From: Hemiscyllium ocellatum
Lineage: Eukaryota
NCBI RefSeq assembly: GCF_020745735.1
Contig: NC_083401.1
Span: 162,926,018-162,990,017, forward strand
Length of the DNA: 64,000 bases
Direction of reading: 5' to 3'
Of the stretch, positions 60,992 to 64,000 are shown in pieces (positions within the stretch are counted from its first letter, which is position 1; each line of letters starts with the position of its first letter). The position numbers were made by a program, and so were the translations under genes. The notes beneath the pieces were generated by a model that worked only from the letters and a program-made list of their open reading frames with translations, was not told the origin of the DNA and made no database searches.

Positions 60992-61690
60992 CCTGAACAG
61001 ATATGCCCAATTAGTGTTCAAGCTGGTGCTGAAGTGAAAATCTGGTAAGAAATTGGTTTGAGCTTAATTTCAGACACAGGATTGGTGACACATTTGGCAC
61101 ATGCACCAGATGTCTAGGCCCAAAGCTCATCCCAGGTGAGGCCTTGTTTCTCACCTTCGCAAAGCAACAGGTATTAACCACTCCAGGCCCATTTGGGTGA
61201 GTTATAACACCAGCAGTTCAGGGGGTGCTGAGAATAGGTTGGATGCAATGGAAGGGTATAAGCACTGACTTGCAGCAGTCTGCAGTTTTGTTGTGAGGCA
61301 AGTAACTGTTCCTACTCCCGACTCCACTTCAAGGGAGTTGAAAATCAAAAGGAAATAACCGTAACGGCAGTATGCAGCACTTCCTCTGACACTGGTTGGG
61401 CTGCAGAAGTACTTGAAAAAGTGAGAAGTAAACAACCAGCACATGATCCTTTTGGTGTACTGAGGTCAGAGTGTGTTTATGATGCAAACATTAGATCTCT
61501 CGTAATCAGATTTCTGATTTCTAAATGTAGAATCAACTGAATCCCGTTAAATAAACTGGATTCAGCCAGCATTATTCAGTTGGATTAAATCTTTCTTCTG
61601 TGCAGTAGGAGGCAACTGGAACTTCTGGATCAGTGAGCAGGGTTGGCCAGGCAATGTAATTCATACAGGTTCAAGTCCTGCATGACAAGT

Positions 61691-62008
61691 GGGCAGCACG
61701 GTGGCACAGTGGTTAGCACTGCTGCCTCACAGCACCGGAGACCCGGGTTCAATTCCCGACTCTGGCGACAGACTGTGTGGAGTTTGCACGTTCTCCCAGT
61801 GTCTGCGTGGGTTTCCTCCGGGTGCTCCGGTTTCCTCCCACAGTCCAAAGATGTGCGGGTCAGGTGAATTGGCCATGCTAAATAGGTTAGGTAAGGGGTA
61901 AATGTAGGGGTGTGGGTGGGTTGCGCTTCGGCAGGTCGGTGTGGACTTGTTGGGCCGAAGGGCCTGTTTCCACACTGTAAGTAATCTAATCTAAGTAATC
62001 TAATCTAA
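61691..62008 (+). mobile_element. HE1-type V-SINE
   Basis: Full SINE structure with a duplicated aagtaatctaatcta tail. Confidence 0.93.
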
Positions 62009-63437
62009 AAGACATGAGAATGTTTTCAAATGCCGTTTTCTCATTGCAGTCATACAATTTCATTCATTAATAATTGAAATTAGATACTGAATAAGTTATT
62101 CACGAGGCTGGTGCTCATTTTCATTACTATGCAAACTGAGAATAATATCTTAAATTCTCTTGTGATGGCAATTGAGGTGAGCAGTAAAAGTCTAAGCATA
62201 TAATTGAACTTATAAGTATTAGATCTGGAGGGCAGCACACTTAAAATTTCAACATATGAACAACTATCATATTTATAACACTTTTTTTTTTAATAGTTAT
62301 CCTTAATGAGATATACAGAATTGCTGTCAGTTAGCAGTGATGATGTTCCCTCAGGTACTGTTGGATTGCTGTTCTATTGTTACTGATGCTGTTTGATTGA
62401 TGGATATAATTATATTTTCACTTTAAATGTTCAGCTTCGAAGTACACACTGCTGTGCATCTTTAAAAAGCAATCTTTTCACAATTTCATGTGGAGGGTTT
62501 ATGGTTCCAAACTTAAAATCACAAAGCAAAATACAATATCTAATTATTGGACATTAATCTTTCCCTGCCACTCCTTGTAACGAAGGAAAATGGATACATG
62601 CTCCAGGGCAAAGGACATGGGAAGGCAAAAGGAAATCAGAAAAAATACCTTGGGGCCAATAAATACGCAAAATTCCTCTTCAACCCCTTCACGCAATTAA
62701 TCCCAGTTCATGGAACTGATTACATTTAACAGCGCATATTAATCCAGTTCCATATTATATGAGACAATCTCTATCCCAGTATAGAGCCACAGCTCCAAAT
62801 CTGAAAATCATAATTTTTGTTAAAATTGTGGACTGGTGCCCATGTCTTAATTTCCATACTGTATTTCAATACAGCACAACTCGGTCAAAAATAGAGTTTC
62901 ACAGTTATAGAGCCACTGAGTTGAAGATAGATTTTAACAGTCAGTCGTAATACCCATCTATAAAATGTCTGAGAATCCATAAGGCTTGTGTGAAGGAAGG
63001 GGTGTTACACAAAAGCAAGACTTCCCACTGTTTTCATCAGGGGTGTGTTGTAGACTGACTGCCCAGGTTCAATGACCAAAAAACAGGTAACAGTGTTTTC
63101 AGGCTTGCAGAGTTGAGTAATCACCGATGCATCTTTTTTTCCCGTCCCTGATTACTTGAGATCTTAAGATAGATGTAAAGGATGCATGTGAGGCAGTTTT
63201 GCTTCCATCAGTGATGGATTGTCAGTGTCTAGCTTTCCCCTTGCGAGTCACCCGGGACGATGTATACTTGAGAATGTCTTTGCTAGCTCTGACTCACCAG
63301 GAGGTAGTGACGGAGCTGTGCTGTCTGGTGGAATCAAACTCTTAATATTGACAAGCGAAAATGACCACGAAATCTTAAGACTTCAGCTTCTTTGAAATGA
63401 TACCAAGAGTATATGATCAAGATTCAAGATGCATTTG

Positions 63438-63798
63438 ATTATAAGATCATGAGGGGCATGGATAGGATAAATAGACGTCTTTTTTCTGGGGTGGGGGGAA
63501 TCCAGAACTAGAGGGCATAGGTTTAGGGTGAGAGGGGAAAGATATAAAAGAGACCTAAGGGAAACGTTTTCACGCAGAGGGTGGTACGTGTATGGAATGA
63601 GCAGCCTGGGGAAGTGGTGGAAGCTGTTACAATTAAACGTTTGAGAGGCATCAGCATGGGTATATGAATATGAAGGTTTAGAGGGATATGGGCCAGGTGC
63701 TGGCAAAGGGGACTAGATTAGGTTGGGATATCTGGTCAGCATGGATTTGTTGGATTGAAGAGTCTGTTTCCGTGCTTTGTACATCTCTACGACTCTGT
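63438..63798 (+). mobile_element. CR1/HER1 3' fragment
   Basis: YKIMRGMDRINR..., RTRGHRFRVRGERYKRDLRE and a 3' UTR. Confidence 0.88.
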
Positions 63799-64000
63799 GA
63801 AGGCATTGAGAATGAGAAGGGAAGTGGAAAGGATAGGTTGTAACATCAAGAGCAGGTTACAGTCACTAATTCAGCAGGGGCTATATGCCATGCCAAAATG
63901 ATATTGAAAGATTGGGTGGAATCTTATAAGGGTCTGAGCAATATGGACTTTTGTGAGATTTATAACAGAAACAGAAATGAAGTCCAAGAAGGCCCACATT

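Noticed and set aside
59212-61010. Mirror-image ORFs with the same peptide on both strands (e.g. ELKMCCWLKHSRLGS, VKNHTTPGYSPTG)
   Set aside because: Artefact of DNA palindromes; no evidence of coding function.
1-64000. Sense-strand bias of CR1 copies relative to DCLK2
   Set aside because: About 15 plus versus 9 minus fragments; too few and too fragmented to be meaningful.

Overview
Vertebrate genomic DNA, almost certainly elasmobranch (shark), judged by its repeat content: HE1/V-SINEs with (AATCT)n tails, HER1/CR1 LINEs and shark-type Penelope elements. The whole window lies inside one large + strand gene, doublecortin-like kinase 2 (DCLK2). Four small coding exons (27681-27753, 41127-41235, 56123-56180, 59724-59843) have canonical AG/GT ends and compatible phases. 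They splice to [120 protein letters not shown], i.e. the linker and kinase N-lobe. The supplied ORF track misses all four, and the ORFs I could identify are transposon fragments. The introns hold decayed CR1, L2 and Tx1 LINEs, V-SINEs, a two-gene Harbinger fossil, a Tigger/pogo fossil and a MITE. The most striking signal is about 20 Penelope-derived termini from four sequence families. Each family carries a minimal hammerhead ribozyme core (CUGANGA-stem II-GAAA-palindromic stem III-NUH). Many copies are short (100-300 bp) solo or fold-back insertions with their own 10-15 bp target-site duplications. One is a perfect 104-bp inverted repeat with two intact hammerheads about 240 nt upstream of a kinase exon. 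All identifications are by eye from motifs; no database search was run, and the boundaries of old repeats are approximate.
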